The position numbers and the translations under genes are program-made. DNA of 64,000 bases, from NCBI GenBank assembly GCA_964035545.1, contig OZ037766.1, positions 10,282,722-10,346,721 of the forward strand. The letters are read 5' to 3'. This stretch comes from Bugula neritina (lineage: Eukaryota > Animalia > Bryozoa). The number at the start of each line of letters is the position of its first letter. The first letter of the stretch is position 1. A model generated the notes under the pieces. That model was not told where the DNA came from. It saw only the letters and a program-made list of their open reading frames with translations, and searched no databases. Shown here piece after piece: positions 13,315 through 27,600 of the stretch.

Positions 13315-16300
13315 CTATTTTTTCTTGTCGGGTTTCTTAGCGGGTTCAGGAAGATCTTCCAGCACATGAGTAATAAAACCAGCCATATCTGGAGATGCTG
13401 TCTCAGCAGCACGCAACAGGTCAGTTTGGAGTAAGGCCTGGTAGTTGGGTCTTTGATTAAAATCTTTTGCAAGGCTACAAAAATACACCCAAAGAAAATC
13501 TTTCGGAGTAGAATGGGAAGAAAAACTATTGCCATTATTAAGAACAATGAGAAATCTTATTAGCCAACATTATGATAGTCTCATTTCAACAGGACGAGGG
13601 CTGGGTGATGGGACAAGGAGACTAGCCCACAGATGAGAATATGACAGCTTGAGATGCAGAGTCAGAATGTCAATTTAGTATTGGGTCTAAGTTATAGAAC
13701 AAACCCAGCCAAGTTAGACCGCTTATTTTCTACCGGACACTTTACAGATCTAGGGCTAAAACCAAGGATCTTACAAGCCCACATAGAATGTTTAATAAAA
13801 ATAAAACATGACTGGTTTAGAGATATAACATCAATTCTACTAACCAGCTGTCAACAAACTGTACAAACTCTGGTGAAAAGCCAGTGTCGGGTAACTTCGG
13901 TGGTGGATCATGTACTACCTGCCTCAGCTGTTCGAAAGGTGTGGGCCAATGACTGTATGGGAACACACCTGTAGAGATCTCAATCTGCAACATATAGTAA
14001 TGGCACAGCCATGTCACATGGAGATATTATATCGTAAATAATGAAGATGAGTTGAAAATAAATTTTCTGAGAAAGGTTATACAGTGCTCCTTCCGTATCT
14101 CACTAAGCTGCGGGTTCGAAACCTCAATTCGGACATAGTAGAATACCAGATTTAACTCATGGATTTTGTTTAAATTCGGCCACTTTGTTCCTATACACAC
14201 ATGCAGTGCATAAGCCACAAAACGAGGTTCCAAGCCCTTCTTGTAACCTATGGAATTTAGCGAGAAATGGAACCGTGAGATATGGAGGGAGCACTGTAAT
14301 AGCTAATACAAGGTTTGGAAATCAAGAAGTGAAAATGACATTGGGTAAATATTTAAGAAGTATATTATTAAGTGAAAGGTTCCAAACCACTCACCATAGA
14401 AATACCTAGACTCCATATATCCGACCGAATGTCAAACCCTTTACAACCAGGTGGAGGATTGATTCTTTCAGGCTGGAAAAGTGAGGTGGCAGTGACAATG
14501 ATTACACAGACTGGTGGGCAATGAATGAGACAATACATTTTTGACATACACTACCAAGTTTAAATATAACAGTAGTTCACAATGTAGATGCTCTAGCATA
14601 CAAGCTAGTCAACCAGACTGCACCACTCAACAACCTATTTACTCTCCAAATTTCTAGAAATTCACAATAACCCTGTTTCATATACACATGCAAGTATTAA
14701 ATTGAACTTACAGCCATGTATGGTTTACACCCAGCGTCTGCTGTTTTAGCAACAGAGTCAATCAACTGGCCACTAATTCCAAAATCACACAATTTTATTT
14801 CTCCCTTTTTGCTGGCTAGAATATTCGATGGCTTTACATCTCTGTGCATGACGTTCAACTCTCGCTGCAAAAACTTCAATGCCTTGACGACCTACAACAC
14901 CAAATATGGAAACTCTGTACACCTGATCAGATGCCGCACTTGGTTGAGATGTTGTCAGGAAACAGAGACCAAGAGTGAAGATAGCACAGTATGACTCAGG
15001 GGTAATACATAGATTACATGCATTACAATCTTGCAATTAACTGCAAAGTTATTAATGAAAAGTTACTCTAAAACGCCAGATTGGAAGTTTATTAAATACA
15101 TGAAGTAACACAACATTGCAGCATTTAGTCAAGACATGTAAAGTTAAAAGTGAGAATAAGCATCTAAATCAATGCTCAGATAGTTGAAACAGCACTAACA
15201 ATGTTGAAATGAAGCTATATCTAATTTGGGTTGACTCAATGTCCCATCTACACCAATACTTACGCTGAGTGATATATTAGCTAAACAAGGTTCGGGAATC
15301 GTCTCTCCAGCAGAAAAAACTCTTTTGTAAAATTTATCTAATGAACAATCCATAACCTCCATACAAATCCAAACATCTCCCTGAAACACATGAAAATCCG
15401 GTTCAAACTATGGTTGAATGTGTTTGAAACTTTACCGAGTGAATGAAAAACACTAGCAAAAACAAGACATTATTTTCATCACATTTGATAATATTGTAAA
15501 AAATGCTATTGATTCAAACTGAACAATGTTTTCATTTGAAATTAAGTTCAAACTATGTACAGAACACATAATTTCTAATTAGATGCAAACCTTAAGCAAA
15601 ATGGATTGATAAAATTCACAGCTTTTTATTAAAACTGTCTGCAAAATATGGCTGTCAAAGTTGAGATTTGTTGATAATTAATTGGTTGTTTTTCTTATAC
15701 CAGGATATATAAACTATTCAATGAATGCGCGGACTACCTTGGACTTTGAAAACTAGCCATTAAGGTATTGGCTTACTCACCTCCCTAAACATAGCACCGT
15801 AGAAATGTACTGTATAATTACATGATCTGCTTCTCATTGACACATCTAAATCCATCAGCATTCTCTTCTCCTCTTTATTGTTCACTGTTGCTCTTATTCT
15901 CTGCAAAACGCCCACATCTTTTCTAACCAACTTGTGTGTACAGCCACTTATATTTTTAGCTAGCTTGCCAACACACCAGCATTAGGTACACTTATCAATA
16001 ACAGTAGACTGCCAAAAAAACACATTTCATCTTCCTAGTCACTTTCTCAACCAAGTCATGTGCTTAAGTGATATTTTCATAACTCAAGACAATCTAGAGG
16101 ACAAAGTCAAGCTTGACACCCCAAGCTGCTCTATTAAGTTCAACTGATGATCATTTTATAATGCCTCCTCAAACTCAACCAGCCCTACATCAAGTCACAT
16201 ATTTCGAGTACCTGTAGCAAGCAAAAAGCCTGTGTGCCAGCATTCACCAGGACCTACTAGTATTGGTAACCTGCCAGCATTCTAATTGTATGGCAGTAGG

Positions 16301-17358
16301 GTTTTGGCATCATTTATTTTTTGTGACTTTAAATTCTAATCAAAGTGCAGTAAAACTTAGCAGTCGAAAATGAACAAAAGTCTTAGAGTTGTTGTGTTGG
16401 ATCAATGCTATAAAATTTTCCTTGTTTTCTTCAATGAAAAACCTAAAACTTGTAGTTATGCATAAAATCTTTGCTGTTTCAGACATTTCCCAGTAGATCA
16501 TAAACACTACTTAAAAATATCAAGATAGATGTGTTGAACCCAAGAATTTCTTTTGCCAATATTATTTTACTATTGCTACAATACTACTGACTGATGTGAT
16601 ATTATGGCTAATAAAATCCCGTTAGACACTTTAAAATCAGATGCTGTAATTCTATCTATATGCACACACATTGCAAATAAATTATTACCTGCCGGTTTAT
16701 AGGTTTGAGTAGTAATAAATATCTTCATTGGACATGAAGCACACATATCATGCTGAAACTCAGAAAGCCATCACATACATGGCCACAAGCCATATAGAAT
16801 TTAGTGTTGAAATACCATGGATGTGCGTTATTTAAATTAGCTCCTTACTTTCACAGCCATAATGGTTCCAGAAGGAGTATGCCTCATTTTTTCTACAACT
16901 CCAAATGCACCTCTTCCAAGCTCTTCTAGCTGCTCCAGGTGATCTGCTTCGCATTCGATAGTGTGAGAACCAATGGTTATGGTTGTGTTGGAACCTAAAT
17001 TCGTGCTGGAAGGCCATAAAAATACTATAATTATACATTTTCTAAATAGACTTGGGAAAAAATTCATATCCATTTTTGGATATGAATTTATTTTTAACTT
17101 ATTTCTATTTCTAGATCTCAATGTTTCATTTTTTATTTTAGCGCCTAGATAAGAGTAAAAATTGATATATTAAAAAAATCAGTTGATGGTAAGTAAAGTT
17201 TTGTGAACTGTGTTAACAGTATCTTACCTGTCTATTTGCTTTGCAGGCTCCTGGACTAAAGGCTGCAATAACTTAGGACCTTTACGAGGTTTCTTCCCGG
17301 CTGAAGAAGGTGCTGGGCTGTCTCCAGCCGTTGGTACGATAGGGCCATTAACATCCAT
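13315..17358 (-). CDS. MAP2K6: Dual-specificity MAP kinase kinase, MKK3/MKK6 (licorne) type
   Basis: Exons (-): 17358-17228 (docking-like [13 protein letters not shown]), 17005-16849 ([18 protein letters not shown]), 15900-15781, 15380-15264 ([11 protein letters not shown]), 14891-14712 ([11 protein letters not shown], activation loop [13 protein letters not shown]), 14472-14395 (PERI..SDIWSLG), 13984-13845, 13474-13315 (stop TAG). SVAKT is characteristic of MKK3/6. The symbol denotes the MKK3/6 orthology group. Confidence 0.95.
14082..14296 (+). mobile_element. Tc1/mariner-type MITE (family A, copy 1) in a MAP2K intron
   Basis: TIRs CAGTGCTCCTTCCGTATCTCAC / GTGAGATATGGAGGGAGCACTG are flanked by TA on both sides. 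A homologous copy lies at 25738-25931. Confidence 0.85.
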
Positions 17359-18549
17359 TGAAATTGTAGTAGCCAGTTCTTCAGGCACTAATAAATTTAA
17401 CAAGTAAAAATAGTGAGAAAACCTTTTTGCTAAACTTTTTAAAATAAATAGTTATGATAAACTACATATGTAGATAACATATACATGACCATATTCGCGA
17501 GTACAAGTAATTTAAACATGGAACCAAAGAAGATAACATGAGCGAGTGAGACTACAGTGAAGTAAAATGCTTACATACCAAAATGTAATACTACAGTTTC
17601 ACCATTGCCACTAAAACTGATAGCTTGACTTGTACTATTATCTTGCTCACTGAGTGCTTATATTCCACCGGAACTAAAATATAACATATTAATGAAATGC
17701 AACCTTGAATATTTATAATCTAGATTCCAAGACTCTGATGTTACTGATACATATTTTTGTCACTGGTTAGAAATAACTAGACTATCACTTCAAGAAATGA
17801 AAATTTTATGAATTTAATCGAGAAAATAAGTAAGTAGTACATGAGATGCAATAATAAATCTTTACCTAAAAAGGTAAATTCTACAATTAATTTAGTAGAA
17901 ATAAATTCCAAATTTCAAACGACTGATTCACTATAAATTTCAAGAGATATTAATTGAATACTTGAATTATGACTGATAACCTAAAAAAGATTCTGAGGAT
18001 GAATAACTAAACTAAATACATAACAACAAGGTATATTTCAAACAGAGCAAGTTTATTGAATAGGGCTAGATAAATCCCCATAGTGAACTAGAATATGAGA
18101 GGTAGATGGAGAAAATATTTCTTTATTTCTAAAATTAAAGACCAAAAACTTTTGATTTTCTTAAAAGAAAATTTATAATCATGTTTTCCTCAGCATTCAG
18201 CTTAACAACTTTATTAAAGATCGAATATCGGGTACTAATGCTAACACAGTGACTTTCACTTTGAGTTGTTGAGTTAAGAACTCTAGGGAGCAAATTAGTA
18301 TTTTCATAGAGTTGCTTTTAGTTTTTTAAAACAAATGTCCTTCTAGCAGAAAATTTTACAATTGTGAGAGCAATGCATAATTATAAATATTAATAATTAG
18401 AATGGCTATTCTATTTATAAACTATCAATATTAAATCAAACAATATATACAGTATATTGATAAACTAATAACAAAAGAGGAAAAATTTTAATTAATAATT
18501 ATATTTTACCTTTACTTTTAGCATTAAAACTCAAATTAAATTTTAATTA

Positions 18550-19300
18550 GTCAAATAGTAATACTTATACTATTACTATTAGTGTTACTGTTAGCAAAAA
18601 AGTTTTACTAATGGTAATAGTAATAGTTTCAGTTTGATAGTAATACTTATAGTTATACTAAATCTAAACTGAAACTCTAATGATTTAATTTTATGATATT
18701 TATATGGATATAATTAAACTTCAAATTCAATTCAAATTGCAGGAATACTATTACTAATTAATAGGAATACCAATAGTATAATACTGATAGTTATACTTAT
18801 ACTGTTATAGTAATAGCCAATAGGTATAGTGTCAGTCACAGTGACTACAGGCTGAGACTAGCCCTGCTCTAAAACTAAATGAAAAAGTTAAACATTCAAA
18901 TTCAAATTGTTATTGCGATTGACTGTCGACATCCACATTGACTCATTCAGTCATTGTATTGTGATTCAGATCCAGATTGAGTTCGACTATTGACTTTGAG
19001 TGTCGTACTCATTGAATCAGTCATTGAGTTTGACATTCAGTGATTTACTCATTATGATTATCCTACACTTACACCAGGACTTTCAATATCATACTGGTAG
19101 TGATAGTCATACTGATACTCATACTGATACTCAAAGTCAAAGTCAATTGTCATACTGATACTCATAGTCATAGCCAATGTCATAGACTTAGAGTCATAGT
19201 GATAGTCATAGTGATACTGATACTCATAGTCATAATGATAGTCATTGTGATTGTGATTGTCATTGCAACAGCGTCAGTAATTTTCACATGCAAGTAAAAT
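18550..19300. repeat. Degenerate 6-bp-periodic simple sequence ((G/C)ATA(C/G)T and variants), left of the MKK/tweety island
   Basis: Example: gatagtcatactgatactcatactgatactc at ~19100. It generates the spurious IVILIL ORF. Edges are fuzzy. Confidence 0.85.
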
Positions 19301-19379
19301 GTTATTTTTTATTGATATGCAATACAAAATTAGCAAGTTACACTAATCAAGGAGTTTAAGTCAGTATTTTAAAACAAAA

Positions 19380-19650
19380 AGCAAAAGAACAGTGTTGTAC
19401 AACTACATGCAACTTTCTTATTTTGGTACTTTTCGGCCGGAAACGGTAAGACTTACCGCAAACTCTCGATTTGTAACATTAATTTATTGCAACTTCTAGA
19501 TTAGTCGATTTTCTGTATAGCGATCAGTCTGCTTAAAAAAGCCTAATATATGCGGTCAATATGTTTTCGTATATCTGTAGCAATGTCATTTAAAGCAATT
19601 CAAGTGGAGAGATCAATGTAGACTTTTTGCGATCTCTTCACCTCAGCAAA
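19380..19650. promoter_or_regulatory. Putative bidirectional promoter / first-exon island for MAP2K (-) and tweety (+)
   Basis: Non-repetitive, CpG-retaining stretch between two divergent genes. It has an ETS-like CCGGAAA motif and consensus splice donors on both strands at 19446 (+) and 19456 (-). Confidence 0.55.
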
Positions 19651-19839
19651 CCAAGGGGTGATGAATAACAGTAAACAATTAACATAGTGTTGGGCTTGAC
19701 ATATGTCATATCCATCAACTGATAACTAAGCTGTGTAAATCTAAATGTAACAAGTTCGTGTCACAAAGCAAAAGGTAACGGAATCTCTAGTTACTTAGTC
19801 TCATATCAAACATGATATCAATTATTATATCAAAGTTTA

Positions 19840-21180
19840 AAATTGCCGTTATGATAATCAAAATGATAATCATAATGAAATTGAATACGATAATCACAAT
19901 CACAATGAATGAATGATATTCATATTCATATTGATAAAGATGACAATTATCATTATGATTATGATTATCATAATCGTAATAAAGATAGGAATGATATTTA
20001 ATTTATTAATCATAATAATAATAATAATTATAATCGTAGCCATTATGATTATGATTATCATTATGATAATGAGTTTATCATTATCATTATGATTATGATA
20101 CTCATATGATTATGATTATGATACTCATACTCATAGTCATATTTATAGACTAATACTGATAGAGTCATACTCATAGGGATACTGAGTCTGATACTCAGAT
20201 AGACCATAGATGATAGTCGATAGTGATACTGATAGTCATAGTATGACTGATAGTCATATCGATGCTTAATTTTATACTTTTAGTTATAGTGTTAGTGTTA
20301 TACTAAATCAAAATGAGTAAATCTAATACTCATACTGTGATACTGATAGTGATACTCATACTCATAGTCATACTGATACTCGGTCTGAGTCACAATATCA
20401 TACTGTTACACTTACTATTACTATTAGTATAAGTATTGGTATTACTCATAGTCGGAGTCATAGTCATTCTCATACTCATAGTGATCATCATCTCGGTACT
20501 AATACTGATAGTCATAGTGATACTGATAGTCACACTCATAGTGATAGTGACATACCATGTTGATATTCATATTGACCCTGAGTATCACATCAGTATGACT
20601 TTAAACTTTGAAGTGTATGAGTATCACTGACACTAGTAGGCTACTAATAACAATATTAAAAATAAATGTAACAGTAATACTTATACTAATCACTTATTAG
20701 TATCATTGCGTGACTTCTTCATCTTGGGATTGTCATTAAACCTAAAATTGCAATTCAGATTCGTCATTCATATGATAATCATTTAATTTGATAAATGAAA
20801 AGCGTCATCCTGATGTACTTCTAGTCCTACTGTCTCAATGTGAGTCTACTAGTACTACTATCAGTCTAGCCTTTTTCTTTTGCTCGGTCATTCTGGTTGT
20901 AAGTTTCTTACTAACTGTTCAAAAATATCTGTTCAAGTCTTAGAGTTAGTCTACTAACAGCAACAGTCACATTGTCATTGTTTTATATTAGTTGTAATAT
21001 TAATAATTATATTACCTATACTTATAGCCTATAAGTATAGGTCATTTGTACTAGTAATGCTCATACTGTATTATTAGTGTTACTACTATAACTATTGGTA
21101 TAAGTATTAGATTTAGAGTTGATATCATAAGACTGACTTTAGCCGTAGGTATAACACTTCAACAGTATGAGTATAGCTAG
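19840..21180. repeat. Degenerate 6-bp-periodic simple sequence, right of the MKK/tweety island
   Basis: Runs of gattat/cattat/gataat followed by gatact/catact/catagt/gatagt. It generates the spurious ORF 20436-20630. Confidence 0.85.
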
Positions 21181-21655
21181 AAGTAGATGTGCATAAGCTA
21201 CTTGAAACTGAAATTAATTAAAACTGATTTTTTTTCTTTTAGTTACATTACAAGGATAATTATTCTTATGGTGATAATAGTATTGAAGAGGGTCATAATT
21301 TTCTGAGTTAAACTTTACGACTAATATTTGATGCTATGTTATGTTAAGCTTATTATACTTGTGTATTTAAATTGTCAATTAATTTTGTTCATGTAATATT
21401 ATTCAGTTTTCTTAATTTTAATTTTGTTTTCTACAGACCCACTGCCATTTGTTGTTGTATAATTGTGATGGTATCTGAAGATGTAATCTTTGATATTCTT
21501 TAAATGCATTAAAAGCATTTGCCAAGCAACTACTGGCTGATGTAGTGGCAGTTGAGTATGTACAGTTCTGTTCTTTGATAAAAAATTTCATGTTGGATTA
21601 TGTTGACTTGCTTTTATTTTAGAGAGCTCAGTCTGCAAGCCACTGAGAGATAGCA

Positions 21656-24600
21656 ATGGCTGTTGATATAGGAGAAACCATGTATTACAATATATCTGAA
21701 CTGGTAAAATTTTTCCATTCCTTTCCTCACTATGATCTGCAGTTTGACCCAATTGATCCAAAGTTTGATCCTGAAAGCCAACCATACTTACAGGTTTGTT
21801 GACTGAATTCTAGAGTTTCTCATTAGGAACATATTTTACACCACTTCATGCTACTTTAACTGCTCTACTCTTTAATCTGCATACTCAGGCATTCTCAGGC
21901 TTTTCATAAGTTGATTTCAGTTCAGCTACAGTGAGAAGGAAACCTATAAACAGGTTGAGATTCCAATTAGCTCAGAGCTAGTCCCTTGTCAAATCAGTTT
22001 AGTGGTGGGCCATACCCAAATTGACGTAGTAAGAGTAGGCTGCCAGCTGCCCTCCTAAACTTGTATTGTGTTACTAACCAGTCAAGAAAATAGTATGTTG
22101 AAACACAACTGCTAAGGTATCAGTATTTTGCCCAATAATTCAAATTATCATTTTAACTTCCAGAAGGATAAAGTATTGCAATGTACAACTGTAAACGTGT
22201 ACACAATTACAATATGTTATTGAAACGAAAGAAAATTTATTGATGCTTTTATTTAGAAATAAAAATTTTATTCATCATCCTAGAAGTGTAGCCTCTACGT
22301 CAACACTAAATGGCAGCAATAAAATTTCTTAACATGAAGCATAAGATAAGGTGACTAAATGATAAGTTGAATTGGTTGCAGTCAGACTGGAGTTGATAAT
22401 ATCTGCGTGTCTGATTCCCTCCAACTGATTGGAACCGGTAGAAGTACACAAGTCATAAGCCACCCAGAGCAACTGGAAAACACATATATATATTATGTAT
22501 TTTCTAGGAGCTTACAAATTTGCTAAACTTCTGATTTAGTATTTCTGCCCTAGCTTATTGGTAACTTAGGTTTTACTGCAGATGATGGGCTGGAATTTCT
22601 GTAATAAGCTTCATTTTTTCTGTCTGTATACACACATGATATTGATCAAACTTTATTGTTGTAGTCTGTAATTGCAATAAGTGCCCTATGATCCTTATCA
22701 TTTATTGTTATTCTAGAGTAAATTGGTTTACCATTGCAGTGATAACCTCTACATATTGTTTATACTTTATAGCATTCTGCTAAATCATATACTGGTACCA
22801 TGACCACCAAAGTATCATCCGAAACTTGTTGAAAATTTAATGAGATTGAATGCTATTTTAACTCCAACAGCATTTAAATTTTAGCAGCACAAACAGCCAT
22901 GCTCAAACTTTCGATTCTTTCGGCTAGAATAGCAAAATATAGTGATTTCAAGTTGGTGCTATGTTGTTGTAAGACTTCATCCCAAAACATAATCTTTGTC
23001 ATATCAATAGATGTGTTTTAAAGGTAATTTTAATTTTTATTTGTAGTCGTTAATGCTAGTAGCAGCTGTGCCCGTTTTGTGGATGTTATTATGGATCTTA
23101 ATATATCTGGCCTACTTCTGTTATCTCTGTGTAACATGCCGAAAAAACAGAGTTGAAAAATCAACCAAGTCTCCCCAACCTTCCAGATGGTTCAGCTTCT
23201 TCTTCTATGTGCTTGTCATGTGAGTTTTCAACCATTGCTTAAACTTTGATACTTTTCTTAGACTGTAATGATCAATGAGCTAAAACTTCCTATTTATATT
23301 TCAATGGTAATAATGACTTTTCAACAAGATTTAACGTTGTTTCGGTTGTAACTAATGTGTATTTCACAATGCTTTCTGTCCAACTAATCATAGAACTGAC
23401 TGGGTTCACCACAAAAGATATTGCTTGCTGATTTCATCCCAAAGTCTATTTAAGTACAGTTGTTCTATGGGCATAACGTAATTTGAATGCTATATAAATC
23501 AAATTCCCCATTTTGGTGAATTTGGGTTGAAAAATGCAGTTAGCTCATTGGTAAACAGAGCCACTTAACTTTTTAATATTTATCAAATGCATGTGTAAAA
23601 TTATGAGAGATGACATATAGGAAAACCATTTGCATCAAATGTAATTTGAACAATTTGTGTTGTTATGTAGACTCCACCCTTAGGCCTTATCTTCTGCTTC
23701 ACCAAACCCACCCTGATGAAGCACTTATTATTGCCAGGCAATGTGTTTTAGGGCAAAGTTTCCGCAGTCTAGTTACCAAATGATTTTGTTAGAAATATTG
23801 ACACTCATTCATTTGCATTGCAATTCTTTAGATTGATGATCACTGTGTCATTCTACAGTAACGAAGTTATAGACCGTAATGCACAGTCAGTTAAAGACAA
23901 TCTTCATAAAATACAACTTCATACAGGGAAGATACAGATACAGGTGACCACTTTTTTTAGTCTTTGTAACTGCTGGCCATGTTAGGATTGTTACATTAGT
24001 ACAACTAGTCAGTCTACTATACACTACTTGTCAGTGTACTATACACTACTTGTCAGTGTACTATACACTACTAGTCAGTGTACTATACAACTGTTGTACT
24101 CAGTTCTACTTGGGCATACTACTCGAAATGTAAGTGTTTTACCAGCAGAAACCCCATGCCAAAAGTTTGTTTCGACATGAATAGAAATATTGTTCACCCT
24201 GAGTCATCCATATTCCTATCAGCTGTAAATCACATCAAGGGCAGAAAGCCATGTTCTGCTAATCATTTACTAGTCATTTGACGTCACTTAGTCATAGCAG
24301 TAGTTGGCTATGAGGGTATCTCATAGTCAAGCAGTCTTCTAAGTTCTGTAGCCAATCCTTTTCTATTATATCCTGACTGAGCCTCGTGTCAGTAGTTCAC
24401 ACAGGCATTCATTGCATCCTTGAATCAAGTATGAAAAGTATATTGGAATAGTGTGCACTCCTTCCTAGTAATGTTTAGTTGCTGCTGTAAGCTGTTGTGG
24501 GGTTGCTAAACCCCATGGTGAAGTTGGTAAGCAATGAACTGTAGAGTAAGTGTCACCACTGTTGATGATGGATCTCTGGCAAATATGGTCGTCCTGGCAA

Positions 24601-27600
24601 AATGTTTAGGCATTTATTACCCTCCTTTTCATTTTGCTGGCTAGTGGTACTTAGTGACATGGCAGTGAACAGAATGGCTAGGCTAGCCTTTCCCAATGGC
24701 TATCCCTAAGAGAGATGTATGACTAGTTACAGCTGGTAGACAGGCATAAGGGATTGGGAACTAGAAAATGCAAGTTTGACATTGTCCGTCTAACATTTAC
24801 CTTGAATATACAGTAAAGCAAGAAACAGTTTTAGTGACTCCACAAACCAGCTGTAATAATGATTATATTAAGTTTATCCTGAAGTGGAACTCTAGTTGGG
24901 AACATGAAAATATTTTTTTACGATATTTTGGCTTATCTTGAAAGTTGTTGAGCGTGAGGGCAGCTACTTGCTAAACTTTTCATTCGCCTACACATTATTC
25001 ATCAGCTGGTGAACAATAATGAAATTGAATCCGAGTGATATGCGGGTGACTTGAGTAAATGACAGCCTTCATAAATATTATACTTATAGAGTCGAGGGCA
25101 TGGTGGTTGCTTGCGGTTTCGGTTAGTAATTATTCACTGCGTTAGTTGCACTGATTACTTCTGGTGATTCATTGGCTATCTTTTGTTTATTGGAAATTGC
25201 TTTTTTCAACTGGCTTTATTGCCGTACACTGTACATGATTTGATAAAATCAATTATTTCAAACTATTACAATGCACTGAAATGCTAACAGTGAACTGCTG
25301 GCATGAAAACTACTAAGTGTTTTGTCAATGCTCAGGCTGACTGAAATCTTGAAGCTTTAATGTAAACAACTTGAAGTCATTGCATAGTAAAAGGTTATAG
25401 TTTACTTAATCTTGTTACAAGGCTACAAGAGTTCATGAGATTGAAATTTGTGATGTGTAACTGACAAGGTACATCCGGTAGTTGTGTAACATCAAGGCTT
25501 CTGCATCTACATCATTTCTTTCTTACTTTGTAGCCCTTCTCCCTAGTCAAATAGTGTACAGACTGTACTATACATCCCTATGCTCATCCTAACTTACTGA
25601 TGATCTTGATTAAAAACACAGATCTGCATACTATTACATGCCATATGAATGTGATAATGATCTTATGTATTATTGTACAGCAATTCTGAAAGTTGATGTA
25701 ACATCTAACACTCGCATCTAGTTAGACTATAGAAATGCAGTACTCCCTGTACTTCTCTCAGAATTCCATAGGTCACGGGAAGAGCTTGGGCCCATGTTTT
25801 GTAGCTTATGCATGTGTGTATAGGGACATAATGGCTGAATTTAACAGATTTTGTTGATTGAATCTGGTATTCTACTATGTCATAGATTGAGGTTTCGGAC
25901 AGAACTTTAGTGAGATTCGGAGGGAGCACTGTATATCAGTTTTAGTACTTCATTTTAGAGCGCTGTGATTTTACAATCCATTGATAAACTGAAAGATGAA
26001 ACAGCTGTCTCCCTGAAGCAAGAGTTTACCACCAGCAGTGTGCTTGATGAACAGAAGAGGCCAAAACTCCAAGGACTGGCGGATGACATGACTGAAAGTT
26101 TATCACACGCCAATGAGATTGTAACTGACTCTGTACAAGACGCTCTAAGAAAGCTCACGTTTGACTCGTCTTTGTCCGAGATAATTGCTGAATATGAAAA
26201 ATACAGGTGATTTAAGCCTACCGATGGAATTGTGACTTTGTTCCTTGCTATATGCAACTGGTAATCTTGTTTTAGACTGTAGCCCCTCATAGCTTAGTAT
26301 AGGTTGGTCTTGCATACTACATGTAGACTTAAGCGTTAGATACCCTCTGAAAATTAAAAAAATGGTGCTGAATTCCCTGTTGTTGGAATAACATTTAGTG
26401 TTAGCCTACTTCAGCATACCTCATCCATAATAATTACTCCAATACAGCACACCCATTAGTCTAACGAATGGCTCTCCCGCTTGCAAGAAGTTGCAAAATC
26501 ATTCTGTCATTTTCTGTTGGTTGTTGTAGACACTTGGCCACACACGCTGTCAGTGGATTCATCATCCTTGCAACTATTCTCTCCATGTTCTCTCTTGCTT
26601 GCAAGAAAAAAGGATTTATTTTGATGTAAGTTTTAGTGAATTGGTATATCACTGATACATATACGATGGGGTTTAAGTTTAAATTCTGTTGAATCATATA
26701 CAATGGGTACTTGTTTCAGCACTTCAACTGTTTCTCTTATGTAAATAGCAGTTCAGTGTTTTATTATTAACTGTTGGGTTCCATATTGCATAGTCTCTTA
26801 TGTCAATGATATGGTAGGGGATTTGGTTACATGCAATTGGGTGGCTATTCTAATAGTTGTCAAAGTTAAATTTTTATGAAGAAAATAAGCTTCTATTAAA
26901 TTAACCAAAGTACAGCTATGGGTTTTTTGGTTCTACAACTTATTACCAACTATAGAGGTGACTCATGCTATGATGCCTCTTTGCTACTGGCAGCACTCCG
27001 TGGCTGCCTCTCAGCCCCACATGACAGCCACTGTAGATATTTAACTTGAAAGTTCAATGCCTTGAATCTACTTCTTTCAATCTTTTGTGTCAATGTTGAG
27101 CATGTTGTTGTTCAGCACTGGCTGAGCTATTTGTGTTCACACAATGCCTTAGCGCCAGTTGTAATGCTGTCTGTAATTGATATTAGTATATATTAGAGCT
27201 ATTTCTATACATGACTAGTGGTTATGTACACACTACACTGTTGATGATTCATAGGAAATAACTTAGTAGTTATTGAATTATTGTTTATAATAGTTGAGAT
27301 GTAACTTACTGCCTGGAATTTGATATTGATTAACTCTATCACTACTCCCTCTGTCTTACTATTCCAGTCTATGTTGGTAAACTTTACTCTCTAACTAACA
27401 ATGACTTTTGTTCAACCAAATATTAACAACTATCTAATGTTGTGATTTTAGGTGCGTAGCCTTGGCGGTGTTCAATGTAATACTAGTTTGGGCAGGGGTG
27501 GGGGCGTACTCCGCTCTTAGTGTTGGCACTTCTGACTTCTGTATGGATCCCACTGGCTATCTGGTCCAGCAATTGCCCTCAAGTGGAATGGTACCCGAAG

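Noticed and set aside
19100-19297. Hydrophobic IVILIL-rich ORF (also 20436-20630, and the low-complexity ORF 49487-49744) resembling small membrane proteins
   Set aside because: These are translations of the hexamer-periodic DNA, have non-ATG starts, and show no splice or family support.
24004-24089. CRISPR-like array
   Set aside because: The units are contiguous with no unique spacers, and the context is a eukaryotic intron. It is a minisatellite.
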